Assembly: GCA_963667015.2 (NCBI GenBank) | Contig: CAXXJJ010000001.1 | Coordinates: forward strand, 576,001 to 640,000 | Origin: Desulfatiglandales bacterium | GTDB lineage: Bacteria; Desulfobacterota; DSM-4660; Desulfatiglandales; HGW-15 | Direction: 5' to 3' | Length of the DNA: 64,000 nt | Part shown: positions 37,107-47,031 of the stretch, in pieces | Layout: every line of letters begins with the position of its first letter | How positions within the stretch are numbered: the stretch's first letter is position 1 | Notes under the pieces: generated by a model | The model's input: the letters and a program-made list of their open reading frames with translations, nothing else | Databases searched by the model: none | Told to the model about the DNA's origin: nothing | Position numbers and translations under genes: made by a program

Positions 37107-37361
37107 AATATAAGCTCCTTTTAGTATAATCGGTCGCATAAACGTAACATAACTAATCGGAATATCATAGAAAAACCTTAATGATAAAAAAAATAAATTG
37201 CCTGACAGATCTCTGTTATTATAAGACTGCTTTTATTGACTTAATCCGGGGCTATTGTTAAAAAGTCTTTTTCAGTCTCAGGTTATTCAGGCCGCAGGAT
37301 GAAAAAGAAAAGGGCTCAGCCCGGTCTGTTGCAAAAGAATCTTTTTATAAGGAAATTAAAC

Positions 37362-38528
37362 ATGACAATAGCTTATCTTGACTGCTTTTCAGGTATCAGC
37401 GGAGATATGTTCCTGGGGGCACTTCTCGATACAGGGCTGCCCTTTGAAGAACTGGAAAAGGCAATAGGATCTCTTCCCTTCCACGGATATTCCATTGACC
37501 GGAAAAAAGAGATGAAAAACGGGCTCAGTGCCACCAGGTTTTTAGTTACAGTTGAAGAGCATCACCATCACCGCAAACTGCCGGATATTGAAAAAATCAT
37601 AGAGGCAGGTGATCTGAATAATGATGTGAAGCAGAGAAGCATGAGGATATTCAGGGCTATCGCCGAGGTGGAGGGGAGCATCCATAATCATCCGCCTGAA
37701 GAGGTTCATTTTCATGAGGTGGGTGCAGTGGATTCAATAATAGATATTGTTGGCGCCGTCTTTGGTGCTGACTACCTGGGAATTTCTTCCTTTAATGCAT
37801 CCCGAATCCCGCTGGGGGCCGGATTTATCAAGAGCGGCCATGGAATAATTCCAGTTCCGGCACCCGCAACCATTGCCCTTTTAAAGGGAATCCCGGTCTA
37901 TAATTCGGGGCTGGAGTATGAACTTGTAACACCCACCGGAGCTGCGCTGCTTAAAGAGTTTGTAGATGCCTTTGAAGGGATGCCCTCCATGGTTATTAAT
38001 AATATCGGCTATGGTGCAGGGACAAGAGATCTTCCTGACAGGCCCAATCTTTTAAGGATTATAACCGGGACAGATCCGGGCGGGAGCGATACAGACACAA
38101 TAGCTGTGCTTGAGGCCAACATCGATGATACAAACCCTGAATGGCTTGGTTTTATAATGGAAAGGCTTTTTGAAGAGGGGGCGCTTGATGTCATATTTAC
38201 CCCTGTTTATATGAAGAAAAACCGGCCCGGCATTCAGGTTGAGGTTATAGGCCGCCCCGAATCAAAGGATAAACTTTCTGAGGTGCTGTTTAATGAAAGC
38301 ACAACAATCGGGATTAGATACCGGCTCAGCCAGAGGAAGATTCTTAAAAGGGAAGAGACAATGGTTGAAACTCCATGGGGAAGTCTTTCGGCAAAAAAGA
38401 TAATTCGTCCTGACGGCAGCGCGTTCATACAGCCTGAGTTTGAATCATGTAAAAAAACAGCCAGGGAACAGGGTATTCCGATCAAAGATGTTTACACACG
38501 GATATTGTCTGTAAACAACCGCCCATAG
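37362..38528 (+). CDS. larC: Nickel pincer cofactor biosynthesis protein LarC
   Basis: YLDCFSGISGDMFLGAL, VHFHEVGAVDSIIDI, PVPAPAT, TPTGAA, EANIDD, MKKNRPG. Confidence 0.93.
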   Translation: MTIAYLDCFSGISGDMFLGALLDTGLPFEELEKAIGSLPFHGYSIDRKKEMKNGLSATRFLVTVEEHHHHRKLPDIEKIIEAGDLNNDVKQRSMRIFRAIAEVEGSIHNHPPEEVHFHEVGAVDSIIDIVGAVFGADYLGISSFNASRIPLGAGFIKSGHGIIPVPAPATIALLKGIPVYNSGLEYELVTPTGAALLKEFVDAFEGMPSMVINNIGYGAGTRDLPDRPNLLRIITGTDPGGSDTDTIAVLEANIDDTNPEWLGFIMERLFEEGALDVIFTPVYMKKNRPGIQVEVIGRPESKDKLSEVLFNESTTIGIRYRLSQRKILKREETMVETPWGSLSAKKIIRPDGSAFIQPEFESCKKTAREQGIPIKDVYTRILSVNNRP

Positions 38529-38552
38529 ACGAAGGGAGAGGCTATACTTCTT

Positions 38553-39062
38553 ATGAAGGGGGATAAAAAAAAAGAACCTGCCCCGGGTGTTTTAAAGGGG
38601 GCAAAAGCTTTAGATAAACTGATATTGTTATTTGCCACATGGTTCGGTACGGGGCTTATCCCCTTCGCTCCAGGTACATGGGGCAGCCTTGCGGCATTGC
38701 CATTTGCAGCAGGTGCATACAGTCTTGGGATTATTTTCTCCTTCCTGTCGCTTGCTGCAATATTTTTCTTTGCCATTCCTGTTTCGGGCAGGGCCTCAAA
38801 AATAATGAACACTGAAGATCCTTCATCCGTGGTAATCGACGAGGTGGCTGGTATTTTTGTCACACTTTTTCTGATCCCTGTTTCATGGACAGCCATTGCA
38901 GCCGGATTTATGCTGTTCAGAATCTTTGATATTATAAAACCATTTCCTGTCGGCCTGATAGATAAAAGAGTTAAAGGCGGGGCAGGTATTGTGCTTGATG
39001 ATATTATGGCGGGTGTTTATGCGAATGTGTGTCTAAGAGTAATTTTAATTCTTACAAATTAA
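38553..39062 (+). CDS. pgpA: Phosphatidylglycerophosphatase A
   Basis: APGTWGS, DPS.VVIDEVAG, FRIFDIIKPFP, G.GIVLDD. Confidence 0.93.
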   Translation: MKGDKKKEPAPGVLKGAKALDKLILLFATWFGTGLIPFAPGTWGSLAALPFAAGAYSLGIIFSFLSLAAIFFFAIPVSGRASKIMNTEDPSSVVIDEVAGIFVTLFLIPVSWTAIAAGFMLFRIFDIIKPFPVGLIDKRVKGGAGIVLDDIMAGVYANVCLRVILILTN

Positions 39063-39065
39063 AAT

Positions 39066-39336
39066 CGGCTCAGGGTTCAAGGCACAGGACGACGCCGGGG
39101 CAGAAGGCTAAGGACGCAATGCAGGATATTCCTGAAATTCTTCTCCCCTGCTGGTCGAAGTGGTTTTTTAATTGTAGAGACAGGTTTTAAACCTGTCTCC
39201 CGGGGACCATAGAAACCAGAAAAAATTTGACGTCTCCTGTTCCACCATCTTTTAATCTTAATCATGCCCTTGCTCTTTACCTTAATCCCGTGTTTTAAAA
39301 GCTGAGTAAGAGTAAGATTATGAGCAAGAGCAGGAG
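39066..39336. repeat. Composite intergenic repeats (heptamer array, GTAG REP-like palindrome, 6-mer hairpin)
   Basis: CGGCTCA GGGTTCA AGGCACA; GTAGAGACAGGTTTTAAACCTGTCTC (39174-39199); ATCTTA/AAGAGT hairpin 39247-39336. Confidence 0.65.
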
Positions 39337-39393
39337 GGCTGTCATCAAATCAGATGGCCATAGCGGATAACCCTTTTTAAAAAGGATGTTATT

Positions 39394-39879
39394 ATGAAAA
39401 ACAGACTCAGTGATCTCCTTATATCCAGATCACTCACCATCTCAACAGCCGAATCATGCACCGGCGGACTTATTGGACACATCATAACAAGTGCTCCCGG
39501 AAGTTCGGAATATTTTATGGGCGGGATAATAAGCTACAGCAATCAGGCAAAGTGTGACCTGCTGGGTGTATCTCCTGATACACTTGAAAAATTCGGTGCG
39601 GTGAGTGACCAGACCGCCAAAGAAATGGCCGCAGGTGTAAAGGAAAGATTTAAATCAGATATCGGGCTTTCTGTAACCGGGGTAGCCGGACCGGACGGTG
39701 GAAGTATTGAAAAGCCGGTTGGTACAGTCTTTATTGGGTTTTCATTTGATAATGAACCGTTTTCAATAAAATATCTGTTCCGGGGAAACAGGTCCGAGAT
39801 AAAACAGCAGACCGCGGAAACAGCTTTAGAAAACATTAGAAGGTACCTGAATGGCGATACGTTCATTCCTGGCATTTGA
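39394..39879 (+). CDS. cinA: CinA C-terminal domain protein (PncC-type NMN deamidase)
   Basis: AESCTGG, GSS.YF.GG, YSN.AK, GAVS, TGVAGP.GG...KPVGTV. Confidence 0.88.
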   Translation: MKNRLSDLLISRSLTISTAESCTGGLIGHIITSAPGSSEYFMGGIISYSNQAKCDLLGVSPDTLEKFGAVSDQTAKEMAAGVKERFKSDIGLSVTGVAGPDGGSIEKPVGTVFIGFSFDNEPFSIKYLFRGNRSEIKQQTAETALENIRRYLNGDTFIPGI

Positions 39880-40426
39880 ACTTCCCCCTGGTATAAAGCA
39901 GGAAGTAACACGAATTTCAGGGGAGATTAAAAGATCAGGCCTTGAGGCAGGGTGGGTGAAACCCGGTAATATTCATCTGACAGTTGTCTTCCTGGGCGAT
40001 GTAAATGAAAAGGATATTCCAGATATAATTTCAAACATAGATAATGTCACAGTCAAATACGAATCATTTGGTATCTCACTGGGAGGCATGGGTCTGTTCC
40101 CTGATATCAGGAGACCCAGGGTCTTATGGCTCGGGCTGGACGGCGAGATTGAAAGACTTGGCTCCCTTAAAGACGACCTGCAAAGATCCCTCGAGGCTTT
40201 TGGTATTGAGCAGGAAAAAAGATTATTCAAACCACACCTGACCCTGGGGAGATTCCGCAGACCGGTAAAAGACAGGAATCTTTTAGGAAAGGTAATTGAT
40301 GAATTCAGTGATATCTCAGGTTTCAATGGAAAACTGTATGAATTAATACTCTTTAAAAGCGAACTTAAACCTGGCGGTTCGGTTTATACAAAAATTCACT
40401 CATGGCCGCTTAAGATCAGAAAATAA
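39851..40426 (+). CDS. thpR: RNA 2',3'-cyclic phosphodiesterase (2H family)
   Basis: Two HxT motifs (HLTVVFLG, PHLTLGR); PRVLW. Confidence 0.92.
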   Translation: MAIRSFLAFELPPGIKQEVTRISGEIKRSGLEAGWVKPGNIHLTVVFLGDVNEKDIPDIISNIDNVTVKYESFGISLGGMGLFPDIRRPRVLWLGLDGEIERLGSLKDDLQRSLEAFGIEQEKRLFKPHLTLGRFRRPVKDRNLLGKVIDEFSDISGFNGKLYELILFKSELKPGGSVYTKIHSWPLKIRK

Positions 40427-40503
40427 ATAGATGCAGTAAAGTGTGATACAACCGATTAGGTTGATTCCTTATGGCTAATTACTAAAAGCTGCAGGTTATT
40501 AAA

Positions 40504-40797
40504 ATGATGAATTCCATGAACAGGAAAACAATAAAATCGACACCCTATGGACAGGTAAGCACCTACACGTTTATAGCATCACATCTGGGTGTGCCAAAGG
40601 GTGCACGGGCTGTTGGTAATGCCCTGGCAAACAATCCTTTTCCGCTTATCATGCCCTGCCACCGGGCAATAAGGTCGGATCTGACCCTTGGCGGTTACCA
40701 GGGAGGGCTTGAGATGAAACAGACTCTTCTGGCCAGTGAGGGCATTCACTTTGATGATTCGGGGAGAGTTAAATATCCGGCATTTTATTACAACTAG
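40504..40797 (+). CDS. ogt: O6-methylguanine-DNA methyltransferase C-terminal domain (N-terminally truncated, possibly a pseudogene)
   Basis: PYG..STY, ARAVGNAL..NP, PCHR, GGY.GG. Confidence 0.65.
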   Translation: MMNSMNRKTIKSTPYGQVSTYTFIASHLGVPKGARAVGNALANNPFPLIMPCHRAIRSDLTLGGYQGGLEMKQTLLASEGIHFDDSGRVKYPAFYYN

Positions 40798-40970
40798 TTT
40801 TTTATACCTGAAACCACCGTTTTTTAAAGTGGGCAATTGATTTTATTGATTTGTTTATAGTATAAGGGTGGACTTGTTTGATACATTTTTAACAAGATGT
40901 TAACTATATTAATTTAAAAGAATTTTCGTTAATTTTTCATATAAACAGGCAAACCATAAGGGGGCAAATT

Positions 40971-42002
40971 ATGGCAGAGACAGCAGAAAGAAACAAGGCG
41001 GTTGAACAGGCTATTTCTCAGATAGAAAAGCAGTTTGGCAAGGGGTCCATCATGAAGATGAGTGATGATAACGTCATCAATATTCCTGCTATTCCGACCG
41101 GTTCACTCGCTCTTGATCTTGCCCTTGGGGTAGGCGGCGTTCCCAGGGGAAGGGTTGTCGAGATATACGGGCCTGAATCCTCAGGTAAAACCACCCTGGC
41201 CCTTCATATTACCGCCGAGGCACAGAAAAGAGAAGGCATGGTTGCCTTTGTTGATGCAGAACATGCCCTTGATATGACCTATGCCAGAAAACTTGGTGTT
41301 GATGTTGACAGCCTCCTTGTTTCACAGCCTGATACCGGCGAGCAGGGACTTGATATAGCTGAAATACTTGTAAGGAGCGGGGCGATTGATGTCCTGATAG
41401 TAGATTCGGTTGCCGCCCTTGTGCCCAGGGCAGAGATAGAGGGAGATATGGGGGATTCCCATATGGGGCTTCAGGCAAGACTTATGTCCCAGGCACTGAG
41501 AAAATTGACCGGAACTATCAGCAAATCAAAGACCTGCGTAATTTTTATCAACCAGATCAGGATGAAAATAGGTGTAATGTTTGGAAACCCTGAGACAACC
41601 ACAGGCGGGAATGCTCTCAAATTCTACGCCAGTCAGCGTCTTGATATTCGCCGCACCGGTGCAATAAAGGATGGAGCAGACGTAGTCGGCAACAGGACAA
41701 AGGTAAAGGTAGTTAAGAATAAAATTGCCCCGCCCTTTAAGGAAGCTGAATTCGATATCATATACGGCCAGGGCATTTCAAAGGAAGGTGATATCCTTGA
41801 TCTTGGTGTTTCCATGGATCTTGTTGAAAAAAGCGGTGCATGGTACTCCTTTGAAGGTGAGAGAATCGGCCAGGGCAGGGAGAATGTTAAGAAATTCCTG
41901 TCGGAGAATACTGACATATTAGACAGAATTGCTGAACTCGTAAGGGAGAAGGCCGGTCTCTTTAAAGCAAAACCTTCTGAAGTAACAGAGGAACAGGAAT
42001 AG
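40971..42002 (+). CDS. recA: Recombinase RecA
   Basis: [37 protein letters not shown]. Confidence 0.99.
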   Translation: MAETAERNKAVEQAISQIEKQFGKGSIMKMSDDNVINIPAIPTGSLALDLALGVGGVPRGRVVEIYGPESSGKTTLALHITAEAQKREGMVAFVDAEHALDMTYARKLGVDVDSLLVSQPDTGEQGLDIAEILVRSGAIDVLIVDSVAALVPRAEIEGDMGDSHMGLQARLMSQALRKLTGTISKSKTCVIFINQIRMKIGVMFGNPETTTGGNALKFYASQRLDIRRTGAIKDGADVVGNRTKVKVVKNKIAPPFKEAEFDIIYGQGISKEGDILDLGVSMDLVEKSGAWYSFEGERIGQGRENVKKFLSENTDILDRIAELVREKAGLFKAKPSEVTEEQE

Positions 42003-42021
42003 GATAAGGATTAAATAATAA

Positions 42022-44652
42022 ATGGATCACAAGGAAATAAGACAAAAGTACCTGGATTTTTTTAAAGACAAGGCACACACAATTGTACCAAGCTCATCTC
42101 TAATCCCGAGGGATGATCCAACACTCCTCTTCACAAACGCTGGAATGGTTCAATTCAAGGGGCTGTTTCTGGGAGAAGAGAAAAGAGACTATACAAGGGC
42201 GGTTACCTCCCAGAAGTGCGTAAGGGCAGGCGGAAAACATAATGACCTTGAAAACGTAGGCTATACCGCAAGGCACCATACCTTTTTTGAGATGCTTGGA
42301 AACTTTTCCTTTGGCGACTATTTTAAGGAAGAGGCGATCGAATGGGCGTGGGAGCTTCTTCTTGAGGGATACAGGCTTGACAGAGATAGACTATACATCA
42401 CCATTTACAACGATGATGATGAAGCACATGATATCTGGGAAAACAAAATGGGTGTGCCTGCCTCAAGGATAATGAGGCTTGGCGAAAAGGATAATTTCTG
42501 GGCAATGGGTGATACCGGACCATGCGGGCCATGCTCTGAAATTCATTTTGACCAGGGGGAAGCGGCAGGATGCGGTAATCCTGACTGCGGACCGGATTGT
42601 GACTGCGACAGGTATCTTGAAATCTGGAACCTTGTGTTTACACAGTTTGACAGAGATATTTCCGGTAAACTTACGCCTCTCCCTAATCCAAACATTGATA
42701 CCGGTATGGGGCTCGAAAGAATCACTGCGGTTATTCAGGGCGTAAAAAACAATTATGACACAGACATCTTTGCCACTCCTATAAGGCGTATTGAAGACCT
42801 TTCATCAAAAAAATACGGTGAAAATGAAAAGTTTGATCTTTCCTTCAGGGTAATATCCGATCACGCCAGGGCGGCAGCCTTTCTTATTGGTGACGGCATC
42901 ATGCCCTCAAATGAAGGCCGCGGGTATGTGCTTAGGAGGATTATAAGAAGGGCCATAAGATACGGCCAGGTCCTGGGCCTTAAGGATTCCTTTTTCTTTA
43001 ATGTCGCTGACAGCGTGATCGATGCAATGGGCGATCATTACCATGAGCTTGAAGCCTCAAGGTCATATATAAAGGGGGTGCTTGTAAACGAAGAGAGAAG
43101 ATTTGCAGATACCCTCTTCTACAGCATGAAGATGCTGAATGATGAAATTGAAAAGATTAAGGCTGATAAAGGAACCGTGATACCGGGTGAGCTGGCCTTC
43201 AAGCTGTATGACACCTATGGATTGTCTGTTGATATAGTTGAAGATGTTGCAAGGGATGAAGGGCTCAGGATAGATATGGAAGCATATGAGACCTCCATGT
43301 CTTCCCAGAGAAACCAGTCCAGGGAATCATGGAAGGGAAGCGGGGAAGAAAAAATCCCTGAAATCTATAAGAAGCTTACATCAGATGGTGTTTCCAGTAC
43401 TTTTACCAGGCATCATGACGGAGATTGCCGGTCAAGAGTAGCTTCAATACTCAAGGACGGGAAAGTAATACCTGAAGCCGGTGAAGGAGATGACGTAGAG
43501 ATCATCCTTGATTCAACACCCTTTTATGGGGAAAGCGGCGGCCAGGTTGGAGATAAGGGAAGAATGAGCAGTGCCGGCTCAGAAATCAGGGTGTCCAATA
43601 CAAAAAAAATCGGTGACCTGATTGTGCATATATGTAAAGTGGAAAGCGGCAGCCTGAATACCGGCGATGATGTGGATGCACAGGTAGATTACGAGAGACG
43701 AAAGGCCATTCAGGCAAACCATACGGCTACACACCTGCTTCATAGCGCCCTCAGGGAAGTTCTGGGTGACCATGTCAAACAGGCCGGTTCACTTGTCTCC
43801 CCCGAAAGGCTGCGTTTTGATTTCAGTCATTTTACCCAGGTGGAAAAGGAAAAGCTTATGGATGTAGAGTCTCTGGTAAATTCACATATCAGGGATAATC
43901 ATCCGGTCGGTACTGAGGAAATGACAAGAGAAGAGGCCTCAAAAACAGGGGCTATGGCCATATTTGAAGAACGGTATGGTTCAAAGGTTCGGGTTGTAAG
44001 TGTAGGTAATGGTGTAAGCATGGAGTTATGCGGTGGTACGCATACTCACTCGACCGGGGAAATAGGTTTTTTTAAAATAGTATCCGAAGGCGCTGTAGCA
44101 GCAAATGTGCGGAGGATTGAGGCTGTTACCGGGAAGGCGGCTGTTGAGTACGTCCAGTCACTTGATAATGTAATCAAGGAGACTGCCGGTATCCTTAAGG
44201 CCGCACCTGATCAGGTCAGGGATAAAATCAACCAGATATTAAAGGATTTGAAGCAGAAAGATACTGAAATAGAGTCTCTTAAATCAAAACTTCTTGCAAA
44301 GGAATCAGGGGATATTCTTTCAGGTTTGCAGGAGATCAACGGCATAAAGATCCTGACAAAGGAACTTGATTCCCTGTCACCAAAGGAACTGCGTGATTAT
44401 GTAGATAAGATCAAGGATAAACTGGAATCAGGTATAATTGTTCTCGGTTCAAAAAATGAAGATAAGGTTATGCTCATATGCGCTGTCACAGATGATCTGA
44501 CAAAGCAGTATAATGCAGGGAAGATAATCAAAGAGATGTCCGAGATAGTCGGTGGAAAGGGCGGCGGCAGACCTGATATGGCCCAAGGTGGGGGCAATAA
44601 CCCCCAAAAGCTTACTCAGGCCCTTGAATCAATCAGTGAAATAATAAAATAA
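42022..44652 (+). CDS. alaS: Alanine--tRNA ligase
   Basis: FTNAGM, HHTFFEMLGN, DTGMGLER, NHTATHLL, ELCGGTH, GGGRPDMAQGG. Confidence 0.99.
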   Translation: MDHKEIRQKYLDFFKDKAHTIVPSSSLIPRDDPTLLFTNAGMVQFKGLFLGEEKRDYTRAVTSQKCVRAGGKHNDLENVGYTARHHTFFEMLGNFSFGDYFKEEAIEWAWELLLEGYRLDRDRLYITIYNDDDEAHDIWENKMGVPASRIMRLGEKDNFWAMGDTGPCGPCSEIHFDQGEAAGCGNPDCGPDCDCDRYLEIWNLVFTQFDRDISGKLTPLPNPNIDTGMGLERITAVIQGVKNNYDTDIFATPIRRIEDLSSKKYGENEKFDLSFRVISDHARAAAFLIGDGIMPSNEGRGYVLRRIIRRAIRYGQVLGLKDSFFFNVADSVIDAMGDHYHELEASRSYIKGVLVNEERRFADTLFYSMKMLNDEIEKIKADKGTVIPGELAFKLYDTYGLSVDIVEDVARDEGLRIDMEAYETSMSSQRNQSRESWKGSGEEKIPEIYKKLTSDGVSSTFTRHHDGDCRSRVASILKDGKVIPEAGEGDDVEIILDSTPFYGESGGQVGDKGRMSSAGSEIRVSNTKKIGDLIVHICKVESGSLNTGDDVDAQVDYERRKAIQANHTATHLLHSALREVLGDHVKQAGSLVSPERLRFDFSHFTQVEKEKLMDVESLVNSHIRDNHPVGTEEMTREEASKTGAMAIFEERYGSKVRVVSVGNGVSMELCGGTHTHSTGEIGFFKIVSEGAVAANVRRIEAVTGKAAVEYVQSLDNVIKETAGILKAAPDQVRDKINQILKDLKQKDTEIESLKSKLLAKESGDILSGLQEINGIKILTKELDSLSPKELRDYVDKIKDKLESGIIVLGSKNEDKVMLICAVTDDLTKQYNAGKIIKEMSEIVGGKGGGRPDMAQGGGNNPQKLTQALESISEIIK

Positions 44653-44664
44653 TATCCGGCAGAA

Positions 44665-45366
44665 CTACTTCTCCTCGGTGGTCAAAGGCTCTATACCGAG
44701 TTCTGCCATTTTTACTTTACACATGCTTATTTTTTCCAGTGCCTCATGGTACTGACCCACATCAGGAAAATTTTCAATCGCATATGTATACCTCTGGAGT
44801 GCGGCAAGGTACTTTTTCTGGTTAAAGTAAAAATTTCCGGTATACATTTCGAATTTCGAACGATTTAAGAGACATTTCCGGTAATATCTTCTAGCCTTTT
44901 CCGAATACTCATTATCCGGGTACTCAACAACAAGTTTTGCAAACTCTATTGATGCCCCGAGGGCGTGCTTCTGTTCCCTGTCAAAGCCTCTTATCTGTTT
45001 ATAATAGCACAAGCCCCTTTGAAATTTTACATAAGGGATATTTTCATCATCAGGATGATATCTTTCAAATTCAGCATATAACTCATAGGCAGTGGCATAT
45101 TCTCCCATGCTAAAATATGTATCAGCCAGCTTTAAACTGGCTGTAATTGCTGATTCAGTGTAGGGATATCGGTCTTTAACCAGCAGGAGTGACTGCAGTG
45201 CCCGTGCCATGTTTCCTTCATCCAGCTGCTTGAGCCCTTTTTCTAAAAGTTCAGCATGACCCATATCTTCAAGCTTTCGTGCTTTATTGGATGCGCATCC
45301 GGCAGCTGAAAAAATGAGGCAGGATATGAGAATAATACATTTTGTATATGAAAGATATTTAGCCAT
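44665..45366 (-). CDS. bamD: Outer membrane assembly lipoprotein BamD
   Basis: Lipobox AAGC; TPR-like KDRYPY, LADTYF, F...HP, DREQ. Confidence 0.85.
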   Translation of the reverse strand: MAKYLSYTKCIILISCLIFSAAGCASNKARKLEDMGHAELLEKGLKQLDEGNMARALQSLLLVKDRYPYTESAITASLKLADTYFSMGEYATAYELYAEFERYHPDDENIPYVKFQRGLCYYKQIRGFDREQKHALGASIEFAKLVVEYPDNEYSEKARRYYRKCLLNRSKFEMYTGNFYFNQKKYLAALQRYTYAIENFPDVGQYHEALEKISMCKVKMAELGIEPLTTEEK

Positions 45367-45482
45367 TATATTATTATCCTAAAAAAATCAGTGTGGTATC
45401 CATATTATGATATGGACTGCCGGGAGAAGTTCAGGCTGTTCTTATTAGAAGGAGACCACACTTGTTGTTTTGTAATGAAGAA

Positions 45483-45806
45483 CTATAAAAGTTTTTTAAG
45501 TTCTTCCTCAATTGATGTCTTTGGCTGAGCACCAACTATTGTATTCACTACTTCACCACCCTTAAAAAGGATAAGGGTAGGTATATTTCGAATGCCGAAT
45601 TTTGCAGGGGTTTGTCTGTTGCTGTCCACATCCATTTTAGCGATTTTGATTTTCCCTTCGTATTCTGCGGCCAGTTCTTCAACAACAGGGCCTACTTTTT
45701 TACAGGGCCCGCACCATTCAGCCCAGAAATCAACCATTGAAGGCATTTCGGAATTAACAATCTCCGACTCAAAAGTATCATCGGAAACTTCAAGAATATC
45801 TCCCAT
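45483..45806 (-). CDS. trxA: Thioredoxin
   Basis: DFWAEWCGPC, IPTL. Confidence 0.96.
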   Translation of the reverse strand: MGDILEVSDDTFESEIVNSEMPSMVDFWAEWCGPCKKVGPVVEELAAEYEGKIKIAKMDVDSNRQTPAKFGIRNIPTLILFKGGEVVNTIVGAQPKTSIEEELKKLL

Positions 45807-45933
45807 CTTTTTCTCCTTTCATTACATTCCTTTAAAGTGGATTAACACGCGACTTTTTATTTGTCAATACAAACAACCAAGTCATTCATTGTGTAAAACT
45901 GTTTAAGTCATTGAAATACAAACTAAAAGATGT

Positions 45934-46866
45934 TTAAGCCTTTGCCTTGTCAAGAAAACGTTCGGCCGCTATGGCTGCCTTGCATCCCGTACCTGCAGCT
46001 GCTATTGCCTGACGAAACATCGGATCTCTTACATCTCCTGCCGCAAAGACACCCTCTACACTGGTCTTTGCCCCGTCATGGCAGATAATATAACCGCCCT
46101 CATCAAGATCAAGCTGTCCCGTGAATAATTCTGTTGCCGGGGAATGCCCGATGCCCATGAACACTCCGTCTGCCTGATGCTCGGTAATTTCTCCTGTCTT
46201 TACATTTTTCAACAGAATACTCTTTACCCCGCCTTCATCTGTTCCCTTTATTTCTTGGACAACTGAATCCCATAAAAGGTTCACTTTCGGGTTATTAAAA
46301 AGTTTTTCCTGCATGTATTTTTCAGTACGGAGTTTATCTCTTCTGTGGACGATATTTACTTCCCGTGCGAATTTGCTTAAAAACATGGCCTCTTCCGCAG
46401 CAGTATCTCCGCCGCCGATAACATAAACAATGCTGTCCCTGAAGAAAAAACCATCACATGTGGCACAGGCCGAGATGCCTTTTCCCTTGAATGCGTTGAC
46501 AGATGGAAGATCCAGATATTTTGCCTTTGCGCCGGTGGCAATAATAAGGCTTTTTGCCGCATATTCCGTATCCTCTGCCGTTATCCTGAAGGGATAAACC
46601 GATAGATCGACCCCGGTTACATCCTTCATAGCGAATTGTGTCCCGAATTTTTCAGCCTGTTTTCTCATATTTTCAACGAGTTCGGGGCCTGTTATTCCTT
46701 CGGGAAAGCCCGGATAATTTTCAACATCGGTTGTAATCAGAAGCTGACCGCCAGCAGGAACTCCTTCGATTACCAGAGGAACATAACCGGATCTTGATGC
46801 ATATATTGCTGCAGTCAATCCGGCAGGACCTGATCCTATAATGATAATATCTTTTTCTTCCAACAT
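45934..46866 (-). CDS. trxB: Thioredoxin-disulfide reductase
   Basis: GSGPAG, ENYPGF, CATCDG, GGGDTA, FAAGDV. Confidence 0.96.
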   Translation of the reverse strand: MLEEKDIIIIGSGPAGLTAAIYASRSGYVPLVIEGVPAGGQLLITTDVENYPGFPEGITGPELVENMRKQAEKFGTQFAMKDVTGVDLSVYPFRITAEDTEYAAKSLIIATGAKAKYLDLPSVNAFKGKGISACATCDGFFFRDSIVYVIGGGDTAAEEAMFLSKFAREVNIVHRRDKLRTEKYMQEKLFNNPKVNLLWDSVVQEIKGTDEGGVKSILLKNVKTGEITEHQADGVFMGIGHSPATELFTGQLDLDEGGYIICHDGAKTSVEGVFAAGDVRDPMFRQAIAAAGTGCKAAIAAERFLDKAKA

Positions 46867-47031
46867 GTTCTCCTTTTAAAATGGTATATATGTATTTTGC
46901 TGAATACCTAAAACCTCTGGATTTCAAAATGTCATTATGCTAATTGAGAATTATAATAACATCAAATATAATATCTCAAATGATTTTAGGCAAGGATATC
47001 ATTTTATAATTTTAATATTATTCAGTATGCC

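Noticed and set aside
37362..38528. larC without larA, larB or larE as a novelty
   Set aside because: Dispersed lar genes are common and partners may lie outside the window
39077..39265. 62-aa minus-strand ORF
   Set aside because: Made of repeat elements (ETGLKPVST is the REP-like palindrome)
40800..40970. LexA box upstream of recA
   Set aside because: No convincing match to SOS-box motifs I know
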